The notes beneath the pieces were generated by a model. It worked only from the letters and a program-made list of their open reading frames with translations. It searched no databases and was not told where the DNA came from. A stretch of DNA of 62,777 nucleotides, the filler included, from an uncultured bacterium (lineage in GTDB: Bacteria > CAZSTA01): the NCBI GenBank assembly GCA_964609495.1. It is 15 parts of 15 records of this genome, joined end to end, with 100 filler letters (N's around TTAATTAATTAA, not from the genome) between each part and the next. Parts side by side here need not be neighbours in the genome. Positions count along the whole stretch, not along the records: positions 30,333 to 34,436 come from CAZSTA010000259.1; positions 34,537 to 38,626 come from CAZSTA010000260.1; positions 38,727 to 42,727 come from CAZSTA010000261.1; 12 more parts are not named here. One strand, 5' to 3'. The position numbers and the translations under genes are program-made. Of the stretch, positions 30,333 to 41,157 are shown piece after piece (the stretch's first letter is position 1; each line of letters begins with the position of its first letter).

Positions 30333-32662
30333 TACCATCGAATACAACACCATCTATGAGAATGATTGGAATGGGATTTATGTGTCTTCTTCGTCTTCCA
30401 ATACCATCGAATACAACACCATCTATGAGAATTATGAGGGGATTTTTGTGTATTGGAATTCGTCTTCCAATATCATCGAATATAACACCATCTATGAGAA
30501 TGATGATGGGATTTATGTGGAGTCTTCGTCTTCTAATACCATCGCCAACAACACCATCTATGGGAATCATTGGCATGGGATTTATGTGTATGATTCGTCT
30601 TCCACTACCATCGCCAACAATACCATCTATGAGAATGATATTGTTGGGATTCATATGGAGTCTTCGTCTTCCAATATCATCGAATATAACACCATCTATG
30701 AGAATGATTTGCATGGGATTTATGTGGAGTCTTCGTCTTCCAATACCATCGCCAACAACACCATCTATGAGAATGATTGGGGGATTTATGTATATGATTC
30801 GTCTTCCAATACCATCGCCAACAACACTATCTATGAGAATGAGTATGGGATTGCTGTGGGGGGTCTTCGTCTTCCAATACCATCGCCAACAACTACATCT
30901 ATGAGAATGAGTATGGGATTAGAATCTCTAGTTTCTCTCCTGGTAACATTGCTCACAGCAATGTTATCTGTGGCAATAACTATGGGGTCAATAACCTGAC
31001 TACAAACCCCTTCGATGCCGAAGGGAATGGTGGGGAGATAACAGCGGTCCCTCTGGTGTGGCTTTGGGGAGTGGCGATGCGGTCAGCGATTATGTGAATT
31101 ATGATCCCTGGCTCCAGATGTCTCTCAGTGCCTCTCCTACCTCTATCGGGGTTGGCGATACCTCCACTATTACCGTTACGATAAGCGGAGGAGGATATTA
31201 TGCCCCTGACGGAACTCCTATCACCTTCTCCACTAACCTGGGAATTATGAATCCTGCTATTGCCTACACCAGTGGAGGAAGTGCTACCTCTCTTCTCTCC
31301 AGCCCAATAGGAGGGATAGAAACCGTTTCCGCCTGTGTAGATTTCTGTGCCTGTCCTATGGTTACCCCAGTTACAGTGGGTGTTGATATCACTCCTTATC
31401 CTCAGATAGTCTTCATCACCCCGATAAGGCTGGTCTATGTAGGACTTCCCACGGCGGAGATAACTATTCAAATTCAGGATGCAGGTGGTAATCCCGACAA
31501 TGTAACCGTGGACACTACTATTAACCTCTCCTCCCTCTACTTGACCGGGCAGTTCTCCTTGACCCATACCCCCTTCGTTCCCACTACCTCGGTAGTCATT
31601 CCTGCAGGAGCTAATAGCGTAACCTTCTACTTCAAAGGCTTTGAGTTGGGAACGGCGACGATGCTGGCCGCGGAGAGTCCCGATATGGGCTGGACGGATG
31701 GGACTCAGGAAGTCCATATCATCTTACCACCTCAACCTGAGCCTCCTACTCCTCCTCCCATTGCAGACATCTCCTCTCCTCCTGATATGCAGTTCGTTAA
31801 GGGGATGGTTGAAGTAATAGGGACTGCCTTCAGTGAGATCCTTGAGGAATATATCCTGGAGTATGGAGAGGGGGAGGATCCGAGCAGTTGGACGCTTATT
31901 AGCACCTCCCCTCAGGCAGTAGTAGATGATCTGCTAGGGGATTGGGATACCTCCTCTCTGCCCGATGGCACTTACACCATCTGCATCACCACTAAGGATA
32001 CCGAGGGGAGAACCGCTACGGATAAGGTAACGGTGATAATAGATAACACCGCTCCTGAGATAAGCGACTTGGAGGTAGAGGATAAGTTCCAGGAGACCGA
32101 TTGCGAGAGAGCGGAGTGGAAGATAAGTGCTAAGGTTACGGATAAGACGAGTGGAATAGATAAGAAGAGTTTGAAGATGATCATCTCCTCCGAGGGAATG
32201 AACGATATAGTGATAGATTGGGATAAGATAAGCTATGATGAGAATACAGGTGAGATCTCCTATACCCTCAAGGGAAATCTGAAGAGCGGGAGATACACGG
32301 TGAAGATAGAGGTCAAGGATAAGGTTGGTAACGAGGTGGAGATGACGACTGACTTCACCGTAGAAGCTATCTTAGGGTTGCACAATATAATGAATATCCC
32401 TAATCCTATGACGAATCGGACCGTCTTCACCTTCAGCTTATGTATGGAAGCAGAAGTCAGGATCGAGATCTATACTACTGCAGGAGAGTTAGTGAGGGTG
32501 TTGGATGAGATAGTCGGAGAGATGGGATACAATGAGGTAGCTTGGGATGGATTAGATGAGGATGGCGAGGAAGTAGCCGATGGAGTTTACATCTATCGGA
32601 TAGAAGCCACTGGTGATGGTAAGACTATAGAGGAGATCAAGACACTGGCGGTGATCAAGTAA
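30333..32662 (+). pseudogene. Large surface protein: beta-helix (NosD/CASH) repeats, Ig-like domains, C-terminal FlgD/T9SS-like domain; 5' truncated, two frameshifts
   Basis: GIYVxSSSNTIxxNTIYEN repeats at 30333-30920; frame breaks at the G6 run 30858-30863 and near 31026; C-terminal NIPNPM...IEIYTTAGELVR...WDGLDEDGEEVADGVYIYRI. Confidence 0.75.
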
Positions 32663-32685
32663 ATAAGACTGAGATATATGATAAA

Positions 32686-32722
32686 GAGCGGGTGCATAAC
32701 AAAGCATCCGCTCATTTTATTT
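32686..32722 (+). terminator. Intrinsic terminator
   Basis: GAGCGGGTGC...GCATCCGCTC followed by ATTTTATTT. Confidence 0.7.
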
Positions 32723-32776
32723 CCTACTTCTCTTTAATCATTCTAACGATTATAATAATTTTCGCGTAATCTTATC

Positions 32777-32805
32777 TTGACTGTTGGTTGTTTATTGTAT
32801 ATAAT
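32777..32805 (+). promoter_or_regulatory. Sigma70-type promoter
   Basis: TTGACT-17 nt-TATAAT; implies the true start is ATG 32860 after GGAGGAG. Confidence 0.7.
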
Positions 32806-32859
32806 ATATCTGTTAGTTTAGGTATGATTAGAGATGTTAAAACCGATGAAGGAGGAGAG

Positions 32860-34293
32860 ATGATGAAGAACGGTAAGATCAAAGTGGGACTCGCTCCCAC
32901 CAGGCGGACTGTCTTTAGCGTGGAGGATAGCTTAAAGTATAAGAAGATGATCGAGGATAAACTTACTGAGTGGGGAATAGATTATGTCAACCTCGATTGG
33001 TTGAACGAGGAAGGGCTTCTCTATAGCATTCATGATGCGGGGAAGGTGGTGAAGAAGTTCAGAGAGGAGGAGGTTGATGCTGTCTTTGCTCCTCATTGTA
33101 ACTTCGGCACGGAATCCGCAACTGCAAAAGTAGCCAGGGAGGTGGGTAAGCCCTTCTTACTCTGGGGACCTAGAGATGAGGCTCCTCTGGAGGATGGGAC
33201 TCGTCTGAGGGATACTCAGTGCGGACTCTTCGCTACCAGTAAGATATTAAGAAGAATGGGAGTTCCCTTCACCTACATTGTCAACTCTCGGGTCAATAGT
33301 CCGGTATTCAAGAGAGGCTTCCACAATTTCTTGGGTGCGGCTGCTGCAGCTAAGGCTTTCCTGGGGGCGAGAATAGGGCAGGTTGACACTCGCCCAGGTG
33401 ACTTCTGGACTGTTATGGTAAATGAAGGAGAGCTTCTCGAGAGATGGGGGATCGAGGTTGTTCCCACCACCTTAGTTGATATCGAACAGGGAGTTATGAA
33501 GTATGTGTCCGAGAAGCCTAAGAAGTTACAGGACACAGTTGCCGATCTCAAAGCAAAGGTGGATTTTGGCGACACCGATGAGGATACTATCAATAAGATA
33601 TCCGCCCTAAAACTGGTGCTTTTGGAGTGGGCGGAGGCGGAAGCCTTAGATGGCATCGCTTTCCAGTGTTGGGATGCGCTTCAGGCTGCCCTTGGCATCT
33701 GCCCCTGCTTTGTCGATAGCGAACTTACTGATATGGGGATACCAGTCTCCTGCGAGACTGATATTCATGGAGCTCTGGTCTCTCTAATGCTTCAAGCGGC
33801 TGCTTTATGGACTACTCCAATCTTCTTCGCCGATCTCACTATCCGCCATCCTGATAATGATAACTCGGAGTTGCTCTGGCACTGTGGACCATTCCCTATA
33901 TCCTTGGCTTGTAGTCCAGAGAGGAAGGTCGGCGGGCATTATATTATGCCCAGTGGTGCTCCCGGGGTAGCAGAATGGGAGATCAAGGGTGGAGATATCA
34001 CCATCGCCAGATTCGATGGCGATCACGGGGAATATTCCCTCCTGATGGGGCATGCTAAGGGAACTGAGGGACCCTTCAATCGCGGCACCTATCTTTGGAT
34101 AGAGGTGAATAATTGGCCCGAGTGGGAGGAGAGGATCATATATGGTCCTTATATCCATCACGTAGCTGGCGTTCACGGCAAGTTCGCCCCGGTTCTCTAC
34201 GAAGCCTGCAAGTATGTCCCTGGCTTGAAGACTGATCCAGTTGACCCCAAGGAGGAAGAGATCAGAGCTTTCCTGAGAGGAGAGGATTTGTAG
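32860..34293 (+). CDS. L-fucose/L-arabinose isomerase family protein
   Basis: PHCNFGTE, RDTQCG, FQCW, SCETDIHGA, LLWHCGPFP, GPYIHH. Confidence 0.85.
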   Translation: MMKNGKIKVGLAPTRRTVFSVEDSLKYKKMIEDKLTEWGIDYVNLDWLNEEGLLYSIHDAGKVVKKFREEEVDAVFAPHCNFGTESATAKVAREVGKPFLLWGPRDEAPLEDGTRLRDTQCGLFATSKILRRMGVPFTYIVNSRVNSPVFKRGFHNFLGAAAAAKAFLGARIGQVDTRPGDFWTVMVNEGELLERWGIEVVPTTLVDIEQGVMKYVSEKPKKLQDTVADLKAKVDFGDTDEDTINKISALKLVLLEWAEAEALDGIAFQCWDALQAALGICPCFVDSELTDMGIPVSCETDIHGALVSLMLQAAALWTTPIFFADLTIRHPDNDNSELLWHCGPFPISLACSPERKVGGHYIMPSGAPGVAEWEIKGGDITIARFDGDHGEYSLLMGHAKGTEGPFNRGTYLWIEVNNWPEWEERIIYGPYIHHVAGVHGKFAPVLYEACKYVPGLKTDPVDPKEEEIRAFLRGEDL

Positions 34294-34330
34294 AAAGTTG
34301 TCCGAGAAAGTTTTGAGGGAAATTGTTTAA

Positions 34331-34436
34331 AGTCTTTACTCTGTAGTCACCCTCCCCCTAACCCCCCCCATCAAGGGAGGGGGACTACAGGGCTTCAGTT
34401 CAATCTCAGTGTCCCCTCTCCCCTCGTGGGAGAGGG
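34331..34436. repeat. Family A repeat at contig end
   Basis: TCACCCTCCCCCTAACCCC..ATCAAGGGAGGGGG..GTTCAATCTCAG..CCCTCTCCCCTCGTGGGAGAGGG. Confidence 0.85.
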
Positions 34437-34536
34437 NNNNNNNNNNNNNNNNNNNNNNNNNNNNNNNNNNNNNNNNNNNNTTAATTAATTAANNNNNNNN
34501 NNNNNNNNNNNNNNNNNNNNNNNNNNNNNNNNNNNN

Positions 34537-35027
34537 CTCCCGCACCAGATCTAGCTACCTTCAGGACGGGGGTAATGGAAGAGGTAGCTAGTGAGATCGA
34601 CAAGGCGAAAGATGAGATCAAAGATGAGATTGTAATAACTATTCCGGATATGGAAGCCTTCAAATCAGAGATAGCAACTGAGACAGAGGGTAAAATCAGC
34701 ACAACTAAAGAGGAGATATTGAAGGAGCTTACGGCTGAAATAAAAGCCCTCGAGACCGAGGTAGAATCTCTAAAAAAAGGTGTAGAGGAGAAAGCGAAAA
34801 AATATGCTTATGTTGTATCACCTACTCTGAATTTGCGAGTGGGTCCATCCAAAGATACCGAGCTCCTTGCCACCCTCACTGAAGGTGATATAGTAGAGAT
34901 ACTAGAACAGATGGAAGGCGAGGTTGTGGTTGAGGATATAACCAGCCATTGGTATAAGGTCAAACTATCCGATGAAACAGAGGGATGGGTATTTGGAGGA
35001 TATTTAAGCTTTATTGAAGAGCCTTAG
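34537..35027 (+). CDS. C-terminal part of the repeat protein begun at 17013, ending in an SH3b domain
   Basis: First 35 nt identical to 17416-17450; LNLRVGPS...WYKV...GWVFGGYL. Confidence 0.8.
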
Positions 35028-35126
35028 ATTCGCTCTGATCACCTATAATTATTATCGAGATTGGGATTACAATCTCCGGGTGAAAGTCCCTAAAAGCCTA
35101 ATGTCAGAGGGCGAATAGGAGTAATC

Positions 35127-35169
35127 ACAAACTCCGTCCTTGGAGAGGGGGGCGGAGTTTTTGTGTTTT
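35127..35169. terminator. Terminator between convergent SH3 gene and cobT (likely bidirectional)
   Basis: CACAAACTCCGTCC...GGGCGGAGTTTTTGTG. Confidence 0.7.
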
Positions 35170-35174
35170 GATAT

Positions 35175-36190
35175 TTAAAAGGCTCCAGATATTCCCGCTT
35201 CGGCAAAAGTCGCCATCTCAGTTAGAATCTTCACTCCTACTTCTATAAGGTCTATACCCAGGGCTGCTCCTGTTCCCTCTCCCAGTCTAAGGGATAAATC
35301 GAGCATAGGTTCTTGCCCGATTCTCTCTAACATAGCTCTATGCCCGATTTCTACTGATTTGTGGGAGNNNNNNNNNNCCCTGCGGTGGAGATAAAGCCAT
35401 CGACTACTGCTGGGATTCTATTGGTGGCTGCTCCTATTATTAATCCTGCGATCCCGGCGATCTCAAAGCCTCCTACTTTTGCTAGGACATCTAGGGGATC
35501 TTCGGGATTCGGTTTATTAACCTTCAGAACTTTTTCGATAATCTCTATCTTCCTCTGCAATCCTTTGTCGTCTAAACCGGTGCCACGTCCGGTTACATCC
35601 TTCACTGGTAATCCGGTTATAGCGGCGACTATAGCACTGCTAGGAGTGGTATTCCCTATTCCCATATCTCCCGTTCCGATTATATCTATTTGCTGAGAGA
35701 CGCACCCCTCGGCAAGTTCCACTCCTACCATTATAGCTTTTATTGCTTCCTCTCTGGTCATCGCCGGTCCTACCGCCATGTTCTTAGTCCCATATCCCAC
35801 CTTCTTAATTACTAACCCTTCCATCTCTTCAAAGTCATAAGCAACTCCGATATCCACTACGATGACTTGCGCCCCTATATGCCTAGCGATAACATTGATT
35901 CCAGCTCCTCCTTTCGAGAAGTTATATACCATTTGAGTGGTAACCTCTTGAGGAAAGGCGCTTACTCCTTCCTTCACTACGCCATGATCCCCAGCGAAAG
36001 TGAATATAACTTTCTTCTTTATCTTCGGACTTAAATCCTCCCTGATGGCGACATATCTCCGCGCGAACTCCTCTAGTCTGCCTAAGCTCCCCGGTGGTTT
36101 AGTTAAGCTATCCAATCTCTCTTGCGCCTTCTGATAATACTCCTCCTTGATCGGCTCGATCTTGTCTAGGACTTTCTGTAATTCTTGCAC
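35175..36190 (-). CDS. cobT: Nicotinate-nucleotide-dimethylbenzimidazole phosphoribosyltransferase (internal N gap)
   Basis: [32 protein letters not shown]; after the gap SHKSVEIGH...LRLGEGTGA...[14 protein letters not shown] at 35175. Confidence 0.93.
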
Positions 36191-37302
36191 TACACCTCTC
36201 CTCTCTTAATTGCTATAGGATCTGATAGGGCATACTTTAGCTCTTTCAACAGCTTCGAGTTAGCCTCTCGATCCTTGACAGCTAGACGAATATATCTCTC
36301 ATCTAGCGACCTAAAGGAACTGCAATCCCGAATTAATATTCCTTTTCTCGCTAAAAGTTTGCCAAGCATATCTGCTGTTCGTCCTGCTTTGAGTATCCGC
36401 ACTAAGATATAATTAGCGACTGAAGGAAAAGGTTTAATTCCTCTTAGAGTGGATAACTCATTCCAAAGGCGCTTTCTCTCTCTCCTTATCAAATCCTTCG
36501 TTCTCATTATATACTCTTTGTCCTTCAGAGCTGATACTCCTGCCACTTGGGCTAGATAGTTGACGCTCCAAGGCTCTGTATATTTTGCTAGTCGCTCGAT
36601 ATTATCTTGTTTAGCTACTGCATAGCCCAATCTTAAACCCGCTAAGGCGAAGATTTTAGTCAATGATCCTAGGACTATTAAGTTATCACATCTGATAGAT
36701 CGAGTTGCTAGGGAATATCTATCCTTATTCTCGATAAAATCCATAAAGGCTTCATCAATCACAACCCATATTCCTCTACTTTCAGCGAAGTTGATTAATT
36801 CCTCCAATTCAGCGCTTGTATTGATACTACCCGTAGGATTGTTAGGATTACATAGGAAAATTATATCTACATCATCCGATCGCCTTATGAGATCCTCTAT
36901 ATCTAAAGCAAAATTCCTCTCTTCCTCCAGGACTGCAAATCTCACCCTTCCCCCATTTTTCACGATAGCTAATTCGTATTCCGAGAAAGTTGGGGAGGGA
37001 AGTAGAGCTAACTGGGGCTTAATCATTCTGACAAGTTGATATATCAAAGCTATTGAGCCATTTCCCACCAATATATTATCTCTATCTATCCCAAGATAAA
37101 CTCTTATAGCTGCTTTTAACTCTCGACAATCTGGATCAGGATAGTGAACGATCAAATCCAGATTATCTTTTATAGCCCGAATAGCGGTCAGCGGAGGTCC
37201 CAAAGGATTGATGTTGGCGGAGAAGTCAAGTATATCCCTCAAATTCAATCTGTATTCCTCTGCGGCAGAAAATACATCTCCTCCATGTTTAGAGATATCC
37301 AT
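36190..37302 (-). CDS. cobD: L-threonine-O-3-phosphate decarboxylase
   Basis: [48 protein letters not shown]; between cobS and cobT. Confidence 0.88.
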   Translation of the reverse strand: MDISKHGGDVFSAAEEYRLNLRDILDFSANINPLGPPLTAIRAIKDNLDLIVHYPDPDCRELKAAIRVYLGIDRDNILVGNGSIALIYQLVRMIKPQLALLPSPTFSEYELAIVKNGGRVRFAVLEEERNFALDIEDLIRRSDDVDIIFLCNPNNPTGSINTSAELEELINFAESRGIWVVIDEAFMDFIENKDRYSLATRSIRCDNLIVLGSLTKIFALAGLRLGYAVAKQDNIERLAKYTEPWSVNYLAQVAGVSALKDKEYIMRTKDLIRRERKRLWNELSTLRGIKPFPSVANYILVRILKAGRTADMLGKLLARKGILIRDCSSFRSLDERYIRLAVKDREANSKLLKELKYALSDPIAIKRGEV

Positions 37303-37313
37303 TTCTTCTCTCC

Positions 37314-38063
37314 TCAAGAGGTGATTATCACGAATAGCATAAGGGTTATAACCTCCATAAGCTCGTTCATAGCCCCGTAGGTGTCCCCCGTCATACCACC
37401 TAATTTTTGAGCTATCGCCCTTGAGATTATAAGGGTGATGGTGGCTATACCTATAAATAAAAGCAACCCCCTGAAGCCGAGAAGCAGTAAAGAGGGTATG
37501 AGAGCTATCGCCGAGGCTATAGCTAGTTCTCTATACCCTGTGTTCTCGGCGAAAACCTTCCCTAAACCTGGCTCTTTACGAGCATAAGGATAGCTCATAA
37601 TAGAATAGACGATCGCCCATCGCCCTAGGGTTGGAGTTAGGAGCCAAGCAAAGAAGCGCAGTCGAAGGGGAACACTTTGTATTAGAGAGAGCTTCAGAAG
37701 GATAATGCTTACCGCGGCTATCACTCCCCAAGACCCTACTCGGCTATCCCTCATAATCTCTAACTTGCGTTCTCGAGAGCGACCACTACCCAATCCATCA
37801 GCGGTATCCATAAGTCCATCCAGATGAAGCCCTCCACTCACAAGGAGGAGAACGATCACCAGAAGAATATTGATCACTCCTAGAGGTAGAAATAGACCAG
37901 CGAGCTTATCTACTACGATAAGCACTACTCCAAAGGCGAGTCCAACTAGAGGGAAGTAAGCTGTCATTCTCCCCAAATTCTCTTCATCGAATATGCGATT
38001 TGGATCGAGGGGAAGGATGCTCATAAATTGGAAAGCACCGCTTATATCGCGTAGGATTTCGAT
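37314..38063 (-). CDS. cobS: Adenosylcobinamide-GDP ribazoletransferase (probable ATC start at 38063)
   Basis: GGLHLDGLMDTADG, IMRDSRVG, GGMTGDTYGA; the conserved N-terminal AFQF lies upstream of the first ATG (38024). Confidence 0.9.
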   Translation of the reverse strand: MEILRDISGAFQFMSILPLDPNRIFDEENLGRMTAYFPLVGLAFGVVLIVVDKLAGLFLPLGVINILLVIVLLLVSGGLHLDGLMDTADGLGSGRSRERKLEIMRDSRVGSWGVIAAVSIILLKLSLIQSVPLRLRFFAWLLTPTLGRWAIVYSIMSYPYARKEPGLGKVFAENTGYRELAIASAIALIPSLLLLGFRGLLLFIGIATITLIISRAIAQKLGGMTGDTYGAMNELMEVITLMLFVIITS

Positions 38064-38100
38064 ATCTGATCTCCTCCTTTATTATCAGGATTAGGGAGAT

Positions 38101-38251
38101 AGGTAGTTTCAAATAAATAAGCTTCGATTAATTAGTTCAAGATATGATTCCCCCTCTCCCACAAGGGGAGAGGAACATGATTAAGCGCCCCTATCTTGAT
38201 GAGATTAGTTTCCCCTCCCTCGATGGGAGGGGTTAGGGGAGGGTGATTTAA
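38101..38251. repeat. Family A repeat, composite copy
   Basis: AGGTAGTTTCAAATA...GTTCAAGATAT..CCCCCTCTCCCACAAGGGGAGAGG...CCCCTCCCTCGATGGGAGGGGTTAGGGGAGGGTGATTTAA. Confidence 0.8.
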
Positions 38252-38318
38252 CACGATTTTATATACTACCATTGAAAATCTAACAATAACTTGGTATCTT
38301 CCAAGTGCCAATTCTTCT

Positions 38319-38626
38319 CTACCCCAACCACTTTCTCATTACCTCAAATAGCTCTCTCATTTCAAAAGGTTTCATAATATATTCGTTGGCACCCAAATCC
38401 ATCGCCCTTTCGATCTCCCACTCCCTACCCTCAGCAGATACAATGATGATCGGTAAATCCTCGAAGCGCTCGTCTTCCCGTGCCTCCTCTATCACCTCGT
38501 AACCATCCTTATCTGGCATCCATAAATCCAGAAGCATTAGATCAATAGAGGGATGACTCTTTAATATCTCTATCGCTTCCTTCCCATCCAAAGCTGTTAA
38601 TACCTTACATCCAAATTCCTTCACCA
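38319..38626 (-). CDS. Response regulator receiver domain (5' truncated)
   Basis: DGKEAI, DLMLLDLWMPDKDGYEV, PIIIVSA, GANEYIMKPF. Confidence 0.88.
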
Positions 38627-38726
38627 NNNNNNNNNNNNNNNNNNNNNNNNNNNNNNNNNNNNNNNNNNNNTTAATTAATTAANNNNNNNNNNNNNNNNNN
38701 NNNNNNNNNNNNNNNNNNNNNNNNNN

Positions 38727-39639
38727 AACCATCGGTGCGATTCAAAGTTATGGTTAATGTTCTCGTCAAAGAGTTGGATTCGGCTGAAATCGTAGAACAT
38801 CAAGAGGAAATAAGATCAACCCCACTGGTGAGAAAGCTACTCTCGGAGAGAGGGAAGGATGGGAAAATACCATTTTTTCCTTATAGCAAGTGGTTCGGTG
38901 CTCATTGGATCCTGGCAAGTCTGGCAGATATTGGTTATCCACCGAATGATGAATCGCTTATTCCCTTGAGGGAACAGGTCTACGAATGGCTTTTCTCAGA
39001 TAAGCATAAGAAATCGATAAAAACGATCGAGGGGCGGGTGAGAAGATGTGCTTCGCAAGAAGGGAACGCCCTTTACTACCTTCTTTCGCTCGGTTTGGCG
39101 GATGATCGAACTGAANNNNNNNNNNGTGGCAATGGCCCGATGGTGGATGGAATTGCGACAAAAAGCCCAAAGCTATAAATTCATCCTTTATGGAGAGCCT
39201 AATCCCCCTTCGCTCATTAGCATTGCACGCGAAGATAACCGGAAGCACGGCCTCAAAGAGAGCCGTAGAACGAGCGGCGGATATTTTCCTCAAGCGTAGA
39301 TTGTATAAGGGGCAACGGGACGGTCTTGTTATAAGAAATGATTTTGTGGCATTACACTATCCGTGTTATTGGCATTATGATATCTTGTTCGGGTTGAAGG
39401 TTATGGCAGAGGCAGGTTTTATTGGTGACGAACGTTGTGGTGATGCCTTGGAACTATTGGAATCGAAACAGTTACTAGACGGTGGATTTCCTGCGGAGAA
39501 GAGGTATTATCAAGTTACAGAAAAGAGGAAGAGTGGACGCTCGCTTGTTAATTGGGGTGGAACTGGTAAGAAGCATCTGAATGAATTTGTAACAGCGGAT
39601 GCCTTATACGTGCTGAAGGAATCAGGACGATTGATATAA
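38727..39639 (+). CDS. Conserved hypothetical protein with QW-like (prenyltransferase/terpene-cyclase fold) motifs; 5' truncated, internal N gap
   Basis: YSKWFGAHWILA, RRCASQEGNAL, WQWPDGGWNCD, YPCYWHYDIL; the ORF-track pieces join across the 10-N gap. Confidence 0.6.
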
Positions 39640-39920
39640 CCCCGAGGTTTCGAGGTCAGGGCATTGTTTGGCAAATATCGATCAGATAATGGATGAATAC
39701 GAAGTATAGACTGATTGAGCTTATTAAGAGGATACATTGGGCGATTTGCTATTATTAATATTTCCTCCCAGTGATAACTGTTCAATTTTGAACACTTTGT
39801 ATAAAATGAAGCAAATTTGGGGAGATCGCTAAAGCCGAGTTTCTTTTTACACAAAGTCAAATATCGCATCAATACGGACTGTTTAGTAACTAAGCAGTCC
39901 TATTTCTTTTCTGGGGACAA

Positions 39921-39936
39921 TGGCATAGATTTTGCA
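39921..39936 (+). promoter_or_regulatory. Sigma-54 (-24/-12) promoter
   Basis: TGGCATAGATTTTGCA, exact GG-N10-GC spacing, about 80 nt upstream of the glutamate synthase operon. Confidence 0.72.
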
Positions 39937-40017
39937 CTATTAATATATTACCCAGCTTTGAATAAAGGGAATTTGTCCTCTTATATAATAAATCACCCAA
40001 AAGAGAGTGATAAAGAT

Positions 40018-41142
40018 ATGTTTAAGAATATAAGGCATTATGGAGAGAAAGATATCAGTGGCTGCGGAATTATAGGTATGATGAGCGAAAGCGGCAAGAG
40101 AATGAGCGGTGAGGATATGATAAAATCCATTTCCTTGATGAACGAGCGCTCCAATGGATTGGGAGGTGGATTCGCCGCTTATGGTATCTATCCCGAATTC
40201 GCGGATTACTATGCCTTTCATATGATGTATGAGGATCAGAGGGCGAAGGAACTTACCGAGGAGTATCTGGCTAGGAACTTCGTCATCTATGAGGATGAAC
40301 CGATACCTACCAGACACACCCCAAGAGTGGGTAAAGCTCCTGTCCTCTGGCGCTACTTCCTGAAGGTGAAGATGGGACAAATTCTCGGCGATGAGGAGGA
40401 TTTCATAGTCTCAACAGTTATGGATATAAATTCTCAGATCAACGGGGCTTTTGTCGCCTCTAGCGGGAAGAATATGGGGATCTTCAAAGGCGTTGGCTAT
40501 CCAGAGGATATCGGGGTCTTTTATCGAATAGATGAATATGAGGGATACATCTGGACTGGGCATGGTCGCTTTCCTACAAATACTCCCGGATGGTGGGGAG
40601 GTGCTCATCCCTTCGGCCTTCTTGATTGGTCGATCGTTCACAATGGAGAAATATCGTCCTATGGGATAAATAAGAGGTATTTAGAGAACTTCGGATATCT
40701 ATGCACTCTTTTTACTGATACCGAGGTGATGGCTTATCTGTGCGATCTGCTTGTAAGAAAACATAAACTCGACTTCGAGACACTAGCGATGGCGATGGCT
40801 TCTCCTTTCTGGGAGGATATTGATAGGATGTCAGAGGAAAAACGTAAGCTGGCTTCCGCTATCCGCATAACCTATGGCAGTGCTTTGGTCAATGGTCCTT
40901 TCAGCATAGTTATCGGACATAGCAGGGGAATGGTCGGATTGAGCGATAGGATCAAGCTAAGACCACTTGTAGCAGGGCGAAAGGGAGATATGCTCTATAT
41001 CTCGAGCGAGGAGTCCGCTATTCGAGAGATATGTCCTGATCCTGAGAGGGTATGGGCTCCGAAGGCTGGAACTCCAGTTATCGGCGAGTTGAAGGTAGGG
41101 GAGCGGGAGGGCAAGGAGATAGCTGGAGTAACGACGGCTTAG
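40018..41142 (+). CDS. Class II glutamine amidotransferase subunit of split glutamate synthase
   Basis: [53 protein letters not shown]. Confidence 0.88.
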   Translation: MFKNIRHYGEKDISGCGIIGMMSESGKRMSGEDMIKSISLMNERSNGLGGGFAAYGIYPEFADYYAFHMMYEDQRAKELTEEYLARNFVIYEDEPIPTRHTPRVGKAPVLWRYFLKVKMGQILGDEEDFIVSTVMDINSQINGAFVASSGKNMGIFKGVGYPEDIGVFYRIDEYEGYIWTGHGRFPTNTPGWWGGAHPFGLLDWSIVHNGEISSYGINKRYLENFGYLCTLFTDTEVMAYLCDLLVRKHKLDFETLAMAMASPFWEDIDRMSEEKRKLASAIRITYGSALVNGPFSIVIGHSRGMVGLSDRIKLRPLVAGRKGDMLYISSEESAIREICPDPERVWAPKAGTPVIGELKVGEREGKEIAGVTTA

Positions 41143-41157
41143 AGAAGGAGGAGGATA

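Noticed and set aside
30333..30920. CRISPR-like array of 66-69 nt repeats
   Set aside because: Units are in-frame beta-helix coding repeats with no unique spacers and no cas genes; overlapping ORFs 30277 and 30356 are shadows.
35351..35377. Apparent truncation of cobT
   Set aside because: Caused by the 10-N gap; the conserved C-terminus continues in another frame to 35175.
38064..38300. Cobalamin riboswitch upstream of cobS
   Set aside because: No B12-box or GGGAA/GCAACTGT core; the region is occupied by a family A repeat.
39115..39190. Apparent split of the hypothetical gene into several ORFs
   Set aside because: After the 10-N gap one frame (WQWPDGGWNCDKKPKAINSSFMES) runs into the 39190 ORF.
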